Origin: Formosa sp. Hel1_33_131
GTDB taxonomy: Bacteria; Bacteroidota; Bacteroidia; Flavobacteriales; Flavobacteriaceae
Assembly (NCBI RefSeq): GCF_001735745.1
Contig: NZ_CP017260.1
Location: 960,001 to 992,000 of the forward strand
Length of the DNA stretch: 32,000 nucleotides
Reading direction: 5' to 3'
The notes under the pieces are model-generated. The model saw only the letters and a list, made by a program, of their open reading frames with translations. It did no database searches and was not told the origin of the DNA. Of this stretch, positions 16,906 through 26,926 are shown piece by piece. The translations under genes and the position numbers were made by a program. How positions within the stretch are numbered: position 1 is the first letter of the stretch; every line of letters begins with the position of its first letter.

Positions 16906-18270
16906 ATGCGAAACATTTTAATCATCGGAGCAGGCAAGTCTGCATCTTACCTTATAAAATATTTTTTAGATAAATCGATTTCAGAAAATTTAAACATCAC
17001 CATTGGTGATTTAGTAATCTCAAATGCTGATAAATTGATTGGAAACCACGCCAATGCAAACGCACTTAAGCTTGATATTTTTGACAAAGCCGCGCGCGAA
17101 AAGGCGGTTCAAAATGCAGATATCGTGGTATCTATGTTGCCTGCTAGATTTCATATAGAGGTCGCAAAAGATTGCTTAGCATTCGGGAAACATCTGGTAA
17201 CAGCATCTTATGTCAGTGAAGAAATGAAGGCATTGGATACAGAAGCAAAAGCTAAAAATTTAATATTTCTAAATGAGATTGGATTGGACCCTGGGGTTGA
17301 TCACATGAGTGCAATGCAGGTGATCGATCGCATTAGAGCGGCTGGTGGAAAGATGCTTCTTTTTGAATCTTTTACAGGAGGCTTGATGGCCCCTGAAAGT
17401 GACACAAACCTTTGGAATTATAAATTTACTTGGAATCCTCGCAATGTGGTATTGGCGGGACAAGGCGGTGCTGCAAAGTTCCTTCAAGAAGGAAAGTTTA
17501 AATACATCCCTTACCACCGCTTGTTTAGGCGTACGGAGTTTTTGGAAGTAGAAGGTTACGGACGCTTTGAGGCCTATGCCAATAGAGATTCGCTTAAATA
17601 TCAAGAGGTATATGGATTGGAAGACATCAAGACATTGTACAGAGGAACGGTTCGACGGGTTGGTTTTAGCAGGGCTTGGCAAATTTTTGTAGTTCTTGGA
17701 ATGACGGATGACAGCTATACGATTGCAGATAGCGAAAACATGAGCTACCGAAGTTTTGTGAATTCGTTTTTGCCTTACAGTCCTACAGATTCTGTAGAAT
17801 TAAAATTAAGGTATCAATTAAAAATTGATCAGGATGATATTGTATGGGAGAAACTAGAAGAACTGGATGTCTTTAATGCCAATAAAAAAGTGGTATTGAA
17901 AAATGCCACGCCCGCACAAATTCTTCAAAAAATACTTTTAGACAGTTGGACGTTGAGTCCAGAAGACAAAGACATGATTGTGATGTATCACAAGTTTGGT
18001 TATGAATTGGATGGTAAAAAACATCAAATTGATGCAACAATGGTCTGTACTGGCGAAGACCAAACATTTACTGCGATGGCAAAAACCGTAGGATTGCCCG
18101 TTGCAATAGCTACTTTAGCTATATTAAACAACAAAATACAAAGCTATGGCGTTCAAATACCTACTAAAAAAGAATTCTACACCCCTGTATTAAATGAGTT
18201 AAAAGAATTTGGTGTCATATTTAACGAAAAAGAGAGTGAATACCTAGGATATAACCCCTTAAATGAATAA
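16906..18270 (+). CDS. Saccharopine dehydrogenase family protein
   Basis: N-terminal Rossmann motif ILIIGAGKSASYL. GLDPGVDHM and TWNPRNVVLAG are typical of saccharopine dehydrogenase (NADP+, L-glutamate-forming)-like enzymes. 454 aa. Confidence 0.8.
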   Translation: MRNILIIGAGKSASYLIKYFLDKSISENLNITIGDLVISNADKLIGNHANANALKLDIFDKAAREKAVQNADIVVSMLPARFHIEVAKDCLAFGKHLVTASYVSEEMKALDTEAKAKNLIFLNEIGLDPGVDHMSAMQVIDRIRAAGGKMLLFESFTGGLMAPESDTNLWNYKFTWNPRNVVLAGQGGAAKFLQEGKFKYIPYHRLFRRTEFLEVEGYGRFEAYANRDSLKYQEVYGLEDIKTLYRGTVRRVGFSRAWQIFVVLGMTDDSYTIADSENMSYRSFVNSFLPYSPTDSVELKLRYQLKIDQDDIVWEKLEELDVFNANKKVVLKNATPAQILQKILLDSWTLSPEDKDMIVMYHKFGYELDGKKHQIDATMVCTGEDQTFTAMAKTVGLPVAIATLAILNNKIQSYGVQIPTKKEFYTPVLNELKEFGVIFNEKESEYLGYNPLNE

Positions 18271-18333
18271 TTTAGTTATAAATTGAAATAATTTGAATAC
18301 TTTTGGTTTATAAAATAGTAATTCGAGTAAAAA

Positions 18334-18795
18334 ATGAATAAAACCCTAGAAATTGACGGTATTGACAAAACAATTCTAAGAGCACTGATGAAAGATGCAA
18401 GAACTCCTGTGCTAGAAATTTCACGTTCTATTGGGATTTCAGGTGCTGCCATTCACCAACGGCTGCGGAAATTAGAAAGCTCTGGACTTATTGCAGGTTC
18501 TAAGTTTGTGTTGAATCCAAAAGTTTTAGGCTATACAACCATGGCATTTGTGGGTGTGTTTTTAGACAAAGCCAAAAATAACTCAGACGCTGTCAAGCAG
18601 CTCAAAAGAATTTCTGAAGTCATAGAATGCCATTACACCACTGGAAATTGGAGTGTATTAATCAAAATTCTATGTAAAGACAATGAGCACCTAATGTCAG
18701 TTTTAAACAAACAAATTCAACCGATTTCAGGAGTTTCAAGAACAGAAACCTTTATTTCGTTAGATCAACAAATTGATCGCCAAATTAAAATATAA
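18334..18795 (+). CDS. Lrp/AsnC family transcriptional regulator
   Basis: 153 aa. N-terminal HTH LDGIDKTILRALMKDARTPVLEISRSIGISGAAIHQRLRKLE followed by a RAM/AsnC_trans_reg-type C-terminal domain. Confidence 0.9.
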   Translation: MNKTLEIDGIDKTILRALMKDARTPVLEISRSIGISGAAIHQRLRKLESSGLIAGSKFVLNPKVLGYTTMAFVGVFLDKAKNNSDAVKQLKRISEVIECHYTTGNWSVLIKILCKDNEHLMSVLNKQIQPISGVSRTETFISLDQQIDRQIKI

Positions 18796-19488
18796 CTAGT
18801 CGCTTCCAAAAATTTGTAAACCCCAATACACTAAAGTTGCAAGCGACCCCAATGCTGCTACTAAATAGGTTCGTGCCGCCCACTTGAGTGCATCTTCGGC
18901 GCCCTTAAATTCTTCTTGAGACAACATGTGTTTATTTTTCAACCATGCCAATGCACGGTTACTCGCATCGTATTCTACGGGTAAGGTAACAAAACTAAAC
19001 GCTGTGGCAACCGCCATCAACACAAAGCCCAAAACAACCACCCAATAGCCCAAGCCAACACCCGCTCCAAAGCCTAAAATTAGACCTCCGATAATCAACC
19101 ACATGGATAATTTTGAGGAAATATTCACAGCAGGCACAAGAGTTGAGCGCAATTGTAACCAACTGTAGGCTTGAGCATGTTGTACTGCATGACCACATTC
19201 GTGAGCAGCAACTGCGGCAGCGGCAGCATTTCGTTCGTTATAAACGGCTTCACTTAGGTTGACTGTTTTATCTCTGGGGTTGTAATGATCTGTGAGGCGA
19301 CCCGCTGTTGAGACGACTTTTACATCTTTAATACCATGATCTAAAAGCATTTTTTCAGCAATTTCAGCACCACTCATCCCGTTGCGTAAATGGATTTTTG
19401 AATAGGTTGCAAATTTGCGTTTTAAGGTTGAACTCACAAGCCAGCTCACTAAAGCAATGGCTCCAAGAATAAGATAGTAGGTTCCCAT
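18796..19488 (-). CDS. Putative neutral zinc metallopeptidase (YugP/Zn_peptidase_2 family membrane protein)
   Basis: 230 aa. HECGHAVQH HExxH motif, an N-terminal TM helix and two C-terminal TM helices, and the family-typical sequence GMSGAEIAEKML...HYNPRDKTVNLSE. Confidence 0.8.
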   Translation of the reverse strand: MGTYYLILGAIALVSWLVSSTLKRKFATYSKIHLRNGMSGAEIAEKMLLDHGIKDVKVVSTAGRLTDHYNPRDKTVNLSEAVYNERNAAAAAVAAHECGHAVQHAQAYSWLQLRSTLVPAVNISSKLSMWLIIGGLILGFGAGVGLGYWVVVLGFVLMAVATAFSFVTLPVEYDASNRALAWLKNKHMLSQEEFKGAEDALKWAARTYLVAALGSLATLVYWGLQIFGSD

Positions 19489-19567
19489 AATATTTGTTTT
19501 AGGTTTATTTTTATTAAGTCCTCAAAAATAATACCAATTTTTAAAACTGAAAAATTGACAATATATT

Positions 19568-19840
19568 TTAACGTTTTCTGAATTTATAAATAAAAACCAA
19601 CAGGGTAAATGACGACACCAAAGTAATCGTATTTGCCAATATCATTGACAGGCTGTCTTTTAAAACCCCATACACCAACCAAAATACAATGCCTATAAAA
19701 AACAAAGAAAAGGTAGGCAATGAAAAGCCTGATACATCTTTTGTTTTCCACGTTTTATAAACTTGAGGCAAAAACGCGTAGGTGGTCAAGCAAGCTGCGA
19801 TGAGCCCTATGACTTCGATAGAATCTATATTATCCAACAA
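19568..19840 (-). CDS. SemiSWEET / PQ-loop family transporter (3-TM half-transporter)
   Basis: ~90 aa with three hydrophobic helices and the PQ motif in YAFLPQVYKTWKTKDVSG. There is no ATG in the N-terminal region. The candidate starts are the tandem TTG codons at 19840 and 19837, which lie inside the last codons of leuS. Confidence 0.7.
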   Translation of the reverse strand: MLDNIDSIEVIGLIAACLTTYAFLPQVYKTWKTKDVSGFSLPTFSLFFIGIVFWLVYGVLKDSLSMILANTITLVSSFTLLVFIYKFRKR

Positions 19841-22646
19841 TGTTTACAATTTTACCGGGTACAACAATCACTTTTTTCGGAACGCGCCCATCTAATTGTA
19901 CGAGGGTTTTCTCGTCCCCCATCACAGCCGTTTCTATGTCCTCTTTGCTTAAATCCAATGACAATTCGATCGTAAATCGCATTTTACCATTGAAGGAAAT
20001 GGGATAGGCTTTAGTGCTTTCCACTAGGTGACTGGCGTCAAATTCTGGAAACTCAGCCGTTGTGATCGATTCTGAATGTCCCAACTGCGCCCATAATTCT
20101 TCTGCAATATGTGGTGCATACGGCGCGATCAATACCAATAGCGGTTCCAAAATTTCTTTGGATACACAGCCTTGAGCGGTGAGCTCATTCACGGCAATCA
20201 TAAAGGTTGAGACCGAGGTGTTAAACGAGAAGTTCTCGATGTCTTCGGTGACTTTTTTAATGGTTTTATGAAGGGTTTTTAAATCCTCCTTTGAAGGCTC
20301 CATCTCTGTGATTTTAAGTCCTTCTTGACTAATATATAGTTTCCATAATTTTTTTAGAAAATTATGAACGCCTGTTATTCCAGACGTATTCCACGGTTTG
20401 TATTGTTCTAATGGCCCTAAAAACATTTCGTATAAACGGAGGGAGTCGGCGCCATACTGTTCGCAAATCGCATCGGGGTTGACGACATTGTATTTGGATT
20501 TAGACATTTTTTCGACCTCTCTTTTTACTTTAAAAAGGCCTTCACTGTCCGAGATAAACTCTGCATTTTTAAACTCTTCTCTCCAAGATTTAAACGCCTC
20601 TATATCTAATTCATCCGATGCATTTACAAAAGATACATCTGCATGAATCCACTGAATAGATTCGGTGGTAATTTGATCTACAGACATAAACGTATTGGTT
20701 CCTTCGACTCTTCCTACAAACGCACTCGTTCCCAAAATCATTCCCTGATTGATCAGTTTTTTAGCAAACTCATCCACAGGCACAACGCCTAAATCAAACA
20801 GGAATTTTTGCCAAAAACGCGCATAGAGCAAATGTCCGGTTGCATGCTCGCTACCTCCTATATACAAATCCACTTCTTTCCAGTAATTCAAAGCTTTAGA
20901 GCTTGCGAATTCGTTGGAATTATGCGCGTCCATATACCTGTTGAAATACCAAGAACTTCCCGCCCATCCAGGCATTGTGTTGAGTTCTAATGGAAAGATG
21001 GTTTGATGGTCTATTTGACTGTTTGCTACAACACTGTTCAGAGTGGTGTCCCACGCCCAAACATCGGCACGACCTAATGGCGGCTCGCCTTCTTCGGTTG
21101 GTAAATATTTTTCAACTTCTGGCAAACTGATTGGCAAATGTTCTGCAGCAATCATTTGTGGCAATCCATTCACGTAATACACAGGAAAGGGTTCGCCCCA
21201 ATACCGCTGTCTGGAAAATACCGCATCTCGGAGTCTGTAATTTGTTTTTCCTAAACCATGTTGTTTTGCTTCTAAGGTTTCAATGGCTTTTTTAGAGGCA
21301 TCTTTATATTCGAGTCCATTTAGAAAATCGCTGTTAGCAATAATCGCCTTGGCTTTATCGGTATAGGCTTCTTCACTGATGTCAACGCCTTCAAAAATAT
21401 TTGGAATTTCTATGTTGAAATGTTTCGCGAAATCATAATCGCGCTGGTCTCCACAGGGCACTGACATCACAGCACCTGTTCCGTAGCCTGCCAAAACATA
21501 ATCGCCTACCCAAACAGGAACGGGTTTTTTTGTCAAGGGATGCTCGGCATAAGCTCCTGTAAATACACCTGAAATGGTTTTTACATCTGCCATTCGATCG
21601 CGTTCGCTGCGTTTGGCAGTTGCCAACACATAGGCGTCCACTGCTGATTTTTGAGCGGGGGTGGTAATCTGATTCACCAATTCGTGCTCAGGCGCAAGCG
21701 TCATAAACGACACGCCATAAATGGTGTCGGGTCGTGTGGTAAACACTTCAATCGTTGAAGCGTGTTCTTTAAGGTTAAACACCACAGAAGCACCTACTGA
21801 TTTTCCAATCCAATTTCGCTGACTTTCTTTCAAAGCATCCGTCCAATCGATGGTGTTAAGACCCTGTAAAAGACGCTCGGCATAGGCTGAAATTCGCATG
21901 CTCCATTGGGTCATTTTTTTTCGGATGACAGGGTAGCCACCACGTTCGGAAACGCCGTTGACGATTTCGTCATTCGCTAAAACGGTTCCCAATTCTGGAC
22001 ACCAGTTCACTTCTGTTTCTGCTAAATATGTTAATCTGTATTGTAATAAAATTTGTTGTTGACGTTCCGACGAAAAGGCATTCCACTCTTCAGCCTTAAA
22101 CGCTTCGATCCCTTCATCACAGACGGCGTCCACTGTTGCATTTCCTTGAGTAGAAAATAACGTTTCTAGTGTCTCAATAGATTGTGCTTTATTGGATGAA
22201 TTATCATACCAAGAATTAAACAATTGGATAAAAATCCATTGGGTCCATTTGTAATAATCTGGTGAAGATGTTCGCACTTCTCTTGACCAATCAAACGAAA
22301 AGCCCATTTGATCGAGTTGTCTTCGGTAGGTTTTTATATTTGATTCGGTAGTCACCGCTGGGTGTTGCCCCGTTTGGATGGCATACTGTTCTGCGGGCAA
22401 CCCGAAACTATCATACCCTTGCGGATGCAATACATTGAACCCTTTATGGCGTTTGTAGCGCGCGTAAATATCAGACGCAATATAACCAAGGGGATGCCCC
22501 ACATGAAGCCCTGCACCACTAGGGTAAGGAAACATGTCTAAGACATAATATTTGGGTTTCGTGGAATGGTTATCGGCTTGAAAAGTTTTATTTTCTGCCC
22601 AGTATTTTTGCCATTTGGCCTCAATTTCATTGAAATTGTACATCAT
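19830..22646 (-). CDS. leuS: Leucine--tRNA ligase
   Basis: 938 aa. HIGH-type motif PYPSGAGLHVGHPLGY and KMSKS motif VEKMSKSKYNVV. Typical LeuS N-terminus NFNEIEAKWQKYW. Confidence 0.97.
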   Translation of the reverse strand: MMYNFNEIEAKWQKYWAENKTFQADNHSTKPKYYVLDMFPYPSGAGLHVGHPLGYIASDIYARYKRHKGFNVLHPQGYDSFGLPAEQYAIQTGQHPAVTTESNIKTYRRQLDQMGFSFDWSREVRTSSPDYYKWTQWIFIQLFNSWYDNSSNKAQSIETLETLFSTQGNATVDAVCDEGIEAFKAEEWNAFSSERQQQILLQYRLTYLAETEVNWCPELGTVLANDEIVNGVSERGGYPVIRKKMTQWSMRISAYAERLLQGLNTIDWTDALKESQRNWIGKSVGASVVFNLKEHASTIEVFTTRPDTIYGVSFMTLAPEHELVNQITTPAQKSAVDAYVLATAKRSERDRMADVKTISGVFTGAYAEHPLTKKPVPVWVGDYVLAGYGTGAVMSVPCGDQRDYDFAKHFNIEIPNIFEGVDISEEAYTDKAKAIIANSDFLNGLEYKDASKKAIETLEAKQHGLGKTNYRLRDAVFSRQRYWGEPFPVYYVNGLPQMIAAEHLPISLPEVEKYLPTEEGEPPLGRADVWAWDTTLNSVVANSQIDHQTIFPLELNTMPGWAGSSWYFNRYMDAHNSNEFASSKALNYWKEVDLYIGGSEHATGHLLYARFWQKFLFDLGVVPVDEFAKKLINQGMILGTSAFVGRVEGTNTFMSVDQITTESIQWIHADVSFVNASDELDIEAFKSWREEFKNAEFISDSEGLFKVKREVEKMSKSKYNVVNPDAICEQYGADSLRLYEMFLGPLEQYKPWNTSGITGVHNFLKKLWKLYISQEGLKITEMEPSKEDLKTLHKTIKKVTEDIENFSFNTSVSTFMIAVNELTAQGCVSKEILEPLLVLIAPYAPHIAEELWAQLGHSESITTAEFPEFDASHLVESTKAYPISFNGKMRFTIELSLDLSKEDIETAVMGDEKTLVQLDGRVPKKVIVVPGKIVNIVG

Positions 22647-22804
22647 ATAAACGTCATTAATAGGCGCAAATTTACGGTTTATTTGGCAAGTAAAAAACTA
22701 TGCTTCCCGAAACACCTCTGCAGGCAAATGTTAATTTGTTTTCAGGGAATTACTAGCCATTTAAGTAAGTTTTTTTATACTTTTACATTCGTAAGACATT
22801 TGCT

Positions 22805-23683
22805 ATGAGTTCATCTTTTGAAAAACATCAGAAACGCCGTTTAATTTCGTCCTATTTTTCGGTCGTGCTTAGCATTGCTTTGGTCCTATTTTTATTGGGA
22901 ATCCTAGGGTTGTTGGTGATCAACGCAAAATCGGTTTCTGATAATTTTAAAGAACAGGTCATTTTGACCATCTACTTAGAAGACTCTTCTAAAGAAGTTG
23001 AAATAAAACAGCTCGAAAAAAGTTTGGCATTTTCAGACTACGTAAAACAGACAAAATTTATTTCAAAAGAGTCTGCAGCGGATTTTATGAAATTAGAATA
23101 TGGGGAAGATTTTTTAGACGATGTTGGTTACAATCCTTTGAAAAATTCGATTGAAGTGAACCTCAAAGCCGACTTTGTGACCGCCCGTCGCTTGGACAGC
23201 ATCACAGAAAGCACAATGAAAAAAAACTTTGTCGAAGATATTAAATATGACAAAGACCTTGTGTCTTTAATGAATAGCAATGTAAAACGTTTGAGTTTAT
23301 GGATTTTAATCATCAGCGGAATTTTTACGGGAATTGCAGTACTCTTAATAAGTAGCTCCATTCGTTTGGCAGTGAATTCCAAACGCTTTTCAATCAAGAC
23401 CATGCAAATGGTGGGCGCGACCAAAAAATTTATCCGCCGACCTTTTATTTGGCGCAGTATTCGGCTTGGAGTTATCGGCTCACTTTTAGCTCTTATTGGT
23501 ATGGGAGCAGTCGTCTATTATGTGGATAAATCATTTCCTGAATTTGATTTGATTCAAAATCAATTGTTTATTGGTGCTTTGTTTGGCTCCATCTTTATAG
23601 TTGGAATTTTAATTACTTGGTGGAGCACCTTTTTCGCAACACAACGTTTTTTAAATCTAAAAACCGATCAACTTTATTATTAA
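22805..23683 (+). CDS. ftsX: Cell division protein FtsX (permease-like)
   Basis: 292 aa. An N-terminal TM helix, an extracytoplasmic domain and three C-terminal TM helices. The FtsX-like pattern TMQMVGATKKFIRRPF is present. Confidence 0.85.
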   Translation: MSSSFEKHQKRRLISSYFSVVLSIALVLFLLGILGLLVINAKSVSDNFKEQVILTIYLEDSSKEVEIKQLEKSLAFSDYVKQTKFISKESAADFMKLEYGEDFLDDVGYNPLKNSIEVNLKADFVTARRLDSITESTMKKNFVEDIKYDKDLVSLMNSNVKRLSLWILIISGIFTGIAVLLISSSIRLAVNSKRFSIKTMQMVGATKKFIRRPFIWRSIRLGVIGSLLALIGMGAVVYYVDKSFPEFDLIQNQLFIGALFGSIFIVGILITWWSTFFATQRFLNLKTDQLYY

Positions 23684-23764
23684 TAGACCCCACTGTCAAA
23701 AACAATTTAAACTACTTTTTTTAGTTTTAATGAACACTAGTACATTCACAAAATTTAATTAATT

Positions 23765-24016
23765 ATGGGAGAACAAAAACGAAAAGAAACCACAAAGAAG
23801 AATTTTATTTTTGAAAGACAAAATTACAAATGGATGTTTATTGGTCTTGGGTTTATCGCTTTGGGATTTATCCTGATGGCGGGCGGCGGTTCCGATGATC
23901 CAAATGTGTTTAATCCTGAAATCTTTAACTCTCAAAGAATACGAGTGGCACCAACGCTTATTTTAATAGGATTTGGAATCCAGATTTATGCCATCCTTAA
24001 AAATTTCAAAAAATAA
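23765..24016 (+). CDS. DUF3098 domain small membrane protein
   Basis: 83 aa with two TM helices (NYKWMFIGLGFIALGFILMAGG... and APTLILIGFGIQIYAIL). Its position between ftsX and uppP is conserved in Bacteroidota. Confidence 0.7.
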   Translation: MGEQKRKETTKKNFIFERQNYKWMFIGLGFIALGFILMAGGGSDDPNVFNPEIFNSQRIRVAPTLILIGFGIQIYAILKNFKK

Positions 24017-24805
24017 ATGGATCTTTTTGACAGTATTTTATTAGGAATTATACAAGGACTTACCGAGTTTTTACCAGTATCCTCTAGTGGGCATTTAGAA
24101 ATTGGAAAAGCCCTATTGGGCGATGACTCCATCCCCGAAGACAGTTTAATTTTTACGGTAGTACTCCACTTTGCAACGGCGTTGAGTACCTTAATTATAT
24201 TTAGAAAAGACATTGTTACCATGCTTGTGGCTTTGTTCAAGTTTGAATGGAATGAGGAGACGCAGTTTATTGTAAAAATAATGATTTCCATGCTGCCTGC
24301 TGGATTCGTCGGCATCCTGTTTGAAGAGGAGTTAGAAGCGCTTTTTGGGAGTAATATCCTACTTGTTGGGGTCATGCTGATCGTGACGGCTTTGTTATTA
24401 TTTATGGCAGATCGAGCTAAAACAACCGATAAAAAAGTAGGGTTTTGGGATGCTTTTATCATTGGAATTTCACAAGCCATTGCGATGCTTCCAGGGATTT
24501 CACGCTCGGGGGCAACCATTTCAACTTCAGTATTGCTGGGGAATGACAAATCAAAAGCGGCACGCTTTTCATTTCTAATGGTGATACCACTTATTTTTGG
24601 GAAAATAGCAAAAGACCTTATCAGTGGTGATTTGAGTTATAATGCTGATAATTTTGGCAGCCTGTCCGCAGGGTTTATAGCGGCCTTTGTCGCAGGACTT
24701 TTTGCCTGTACCTTAATGATTCTTTTGGTTAAAAATAGTCAATTAAAATACTTTGCGTATTACTGTTGCATCGTCGGTATTTTAGCCATTATCATAACAC
24801 TTTAA
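24017..24805 (+). CDS. uppP: Undecaprenyl-diphosphate phosphatase
   Basis: 262 aa. BacA/UppP motifs GIIQGLTEFLPVSSSGHL and PGISRSGATI. The ATG directly follows the DUF3098 stop codon. Confidence 0.95.
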   Translation: MDLFDSILLGIIQGLTEFLPVSSSGHLEIGKALLGDDSIPEDSLIFTVVLHFATALSTLIIFRKDIVTMLVALFKFEWNEETQFIVKIMISMLPAGFVGILFEEELEALFGSNILLVGVMLIVTALLLFMADRAKTTDKKVGFWDAFIIGISQAIAMLPGISRSGATISTSVLLGNDKSKAARFSFLMVIPLIFGKIAKDLISGDLSYNADNFGSLSAGFIAAFVAGLFACTLMILLVKNSQLKYFAYYCCIVGILAIIITL

Positions 24806-24811
24806 TTCAAA

Positions 24812-25501
24812 ATGAAAACGGTTCAAGATTATTTAGACGGACAACTATTGTTGATCGACAAACCCTTAGAATGGACGTCCTTTCAAGTGGTTAATAAATT
24901 ACGTTGGCACATTCGTCAAGCTTTCAATTTAAAAAAAATTAAAGTAGGCCATGCAGGGACTTTAGATCCGTTAGCAACCGGACTCTTAGTGATTTGTACT
25001 GGCAAAATGACAAAGCAAATCGACACTTTTCAAGGGCAAATCAAAACCTATACGGGCACATTTGTTTTGGGCAGTACTACGCCTTCCTATGATCTTGAAA
25101 CAGCAATCGATCAGGAGTTTCCAACAGCACATATTACGCCTGAATTAATTCATGAAACCACCAAAAAATTTATAGGGGAGATTGATCAATTTCCACCTGT
25201 TTTTTCTGCCTTAAAAAAAGAAGGCAAACGTTTGTACGAATTTGCGCGCGCTGGAGAAGCTGTGAAAATTGACTCTCGAAAAGTTATGATTAATGCGTTT
25301 GAAATTACAAAAATAGAGGGCCTAACAGTGGACTTTAGCGTCAGCTGTAGCAAAGGAACTTACATCCGTTCATTGGCCTATGACTTTGGGAAAGCACTGG
25401 AATCAGGGGCACATTTATCTGCACTTCGTCGTACTAAAATCGGAGACTTCTCCGTAGAAAAAGCCATTTCAATTGATGAATTTATTTCAGAATTGAGTTA
25501 A
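24812..25501 (+). CDS. truB: tRNA pseudouridine(55) synthase
   Basis: 229 aa. LLIDKPLEWTSFQVV and the catalytic Asp motif KVGHAGTLDPLATGLL. Confidence 0.95.
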   Translation: MKTVQDYLDGQLLLIDKPLEWTSFQVVNKLRWHIRQAFNLKKIKVGHAGTLDPLATGLLVICTGKMTKQIDTFQGQIKTYTGTFVLGSTTPSYDLETAIDQEFPTAHITPELIHETTKKFIGEIDQFPPVFSALKKEGKRLYEFARAGEAVKIDSRKVMINAFEITKIEGLTVDFSVSCSKGTYIRSLAYDFGKALESGAHLSALRRTKIGDFSVEKAISIDEFISELS

Positions 25502-25548
25502 AACTACAAAGGTTCGGATTTAGAGAAAAATTAAATTTAATTCGTTTT

Positions 25549-25574
25549 TCATTCTTTTTAGAAATGAGTTTTTT
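25549..25574 (+). terminator. Possible weak intrinsic terminator after truB
   Basis: TCATTCT (25549-25555) pairs with AGAAATGA (25560-25567) with one bulge and a TTTT loop, followed by GTTTTTT. The stem is AT-rich and weak. Confidence 0.35.
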
Positions 25575-25587
25575 ATAACTTTAGGGC

Positions 25588-26157
25588 ATGTTAAAGCAAA
25601 AACAACGTTGTGGATGGTGTATGGGAGACCCGCTCTATGAAGCCTATCACGATGAGGAATGGGGTGTTCCTGTGTATGATGATCTAAAGTTGTTTGAGTT
25701 TTTGATTTTAGAAACTTTTCAAGCGGGTTTAAGCTGGATTACCATTCTACGAAAACGCGAAAATTTTAGAGCTGTTTTTGATGCATTTGACTATACGAAA
25801 GTAGCAAACTACGATGCTGCTAAGTTTGATGCCTTAATAATAGACAAAGGCATTATTCGAAATAAATTAAAAATAAAAGCGGCGATTTCTAATGCTCAAG
25901 CCTTTATTGAAATTCAAAAAGAGTTTGGGAGTTTTAGCAACTATATCTGGAAATTCACAGATGGTAAACCAATAAAAAATGCGGTCGTAGATTATAAAAA
26001 AGCACCCCCAAATACGCCTTTGAGTGACCAAATAAGTAAAGATCTAAAAAGTCGTGGATTTAAGTTTGTAGGCAGCACCGTTGTGTACGCCCACATGCAA
26101 GCCACGGGAATGGTCAACGATCATGAAACAACTTGTTTCCGATATAATGAGGTTTAA
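25588..26157 (+). CDS. tag: DNA-3-methyladenine glycosylase I
   Basis: 189 aa. Tag signature RCGWC...DPLYEAYHDEEWGVP...LFEFLILETFQAGLSW, with the zinc-snap residues present. Confidence 0.92.
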   Translation: MLKQKQRCGWCMGDPLYEAYHDEEWGVPVYDDLKLFEFLILETFQAGLSWITILRKRENFRAVFDAFDYTKVANYDAAKFDALIIDKGIIRNKLKIKAAISNAQAFIEIQKEFGSFSNYIWKFTDGKPIKNAVVDYKKAPPNTPLSDQISKDLKSRGFKFVGSTVVYAHMQATGMVNDHETTCFRYNEV

Positions 26158-26924
26158 TTATTATAAGGAATCAGTTCTAAAAGCTTCTCGATAACCTCAA
26201 CTCTCGCTCTACTTTTTCTATTGGCTCTAATGATAATCCAAGGAGCTATTTCAGTATCTGTTTCCTCAAACATTCTGGCTTTATACGACGTATAATCGTC
26301 CCAAAGTTCTAGAGCCGATTCATCCACTTTACTGAATTTCCATTTTTTAACAGGGCTCGATTTGATATCTTCAAAACGTCTTGATTGCTCATCTTTAGAA
26401 ATAGAGAAATAAAATTTTACAACCCGAATTCCAGAATCGATAATCATTTTTTCGAATTGGTTCACCTGATTCATAAATACCTCATATTCCTTTTGTGTAC
26501 AAAATCCATTGACGGGTTCTACCACTGCACGGTTGTACCAACTTCTATCAAAGAAAGTGATTTGACCATTACGGGGTAAGTTTTTGATATAACGTTGAAA
26601 ATACCATTGACTTTTTTCTTCATCGGTTGGCTTTGAAAGGGCGACTACATTTAATTCTCTAGGATTTAAATGTTGAGTGATCCGTCGAATTGCGCCGCCT
26701 TTTCCAGCAGCATCTCGACCTTCAAAAATAACAACTAATTTTTCGCCTTCAGCCTCCACCCATTGTTGGAGTTTGATCAATTCTTCTTGGAGTCGTTCTA
26801 ATTTGGATTCGTGATTCAAAATCCGTAACGCTTTGGGAATCGTCATATCATCCTCACTCAGAAACAATTGAAGTCCCCGTTTACTATTCAGTCTTTTTAA
26901 ATTTCTTGGTGTTAACTCTTCCAT
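26154..26924 (-). CDS. Polyphosphate kinase 2 (single-domain PPK2), copy A
   Basis: 256 aa. Walker A motif FEGRDAAGKGG, DRSWYNRAVVEPV, and the lid/Walker B region FYFSISKDEQSRRF...KWKFS. It overlaps the tag 3' end by 4 nt in convergent orientation. Confidence 0.9.
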   Translation of the reverse strand: MEELTPRNLKRLNSKRGLQLFLSEDDMTIPKALRILNHESKLERLQEELIKLQQWVEAEGEKLVVIFEGRDAAGKGGAIRRITQHLNPRELNVVALSKPTDEEKSQWYFQRYIKNLPRNGQITFFDRSWYNRAVVEPVNGFCTQKEYEVFMNQVNQFEKMIIDSGIRVVKFYFSISKDEQSRRFEDIKSSPVKKWKFSKVDESALELWDDYTSYKARMFEETDTEIAPWIIIRANRKSRARVEVIEKLLELIPYNN

Positions 26925-26926
26925 AA

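Noticed and set aside
23986-24549. 187-aa ORF on the minus strand lying entirely antisense to uppP
   Set aside because: uppP on the plus strand has unmistakable BacA motifs and fixes the coding frame. The antisense translation is Ser/Asn/Pro-rich with no recognisable motif, signal or family resemblance. It is a typical shadow ORF in low-GC DNA.
25505-25530. tRNA T-loop-like string GGTTCGGAT downstream of truB
   Set aside because: No acceptor stem complement, anticodon arm or D-arm can be drawn around it. It is an isolated chance match.
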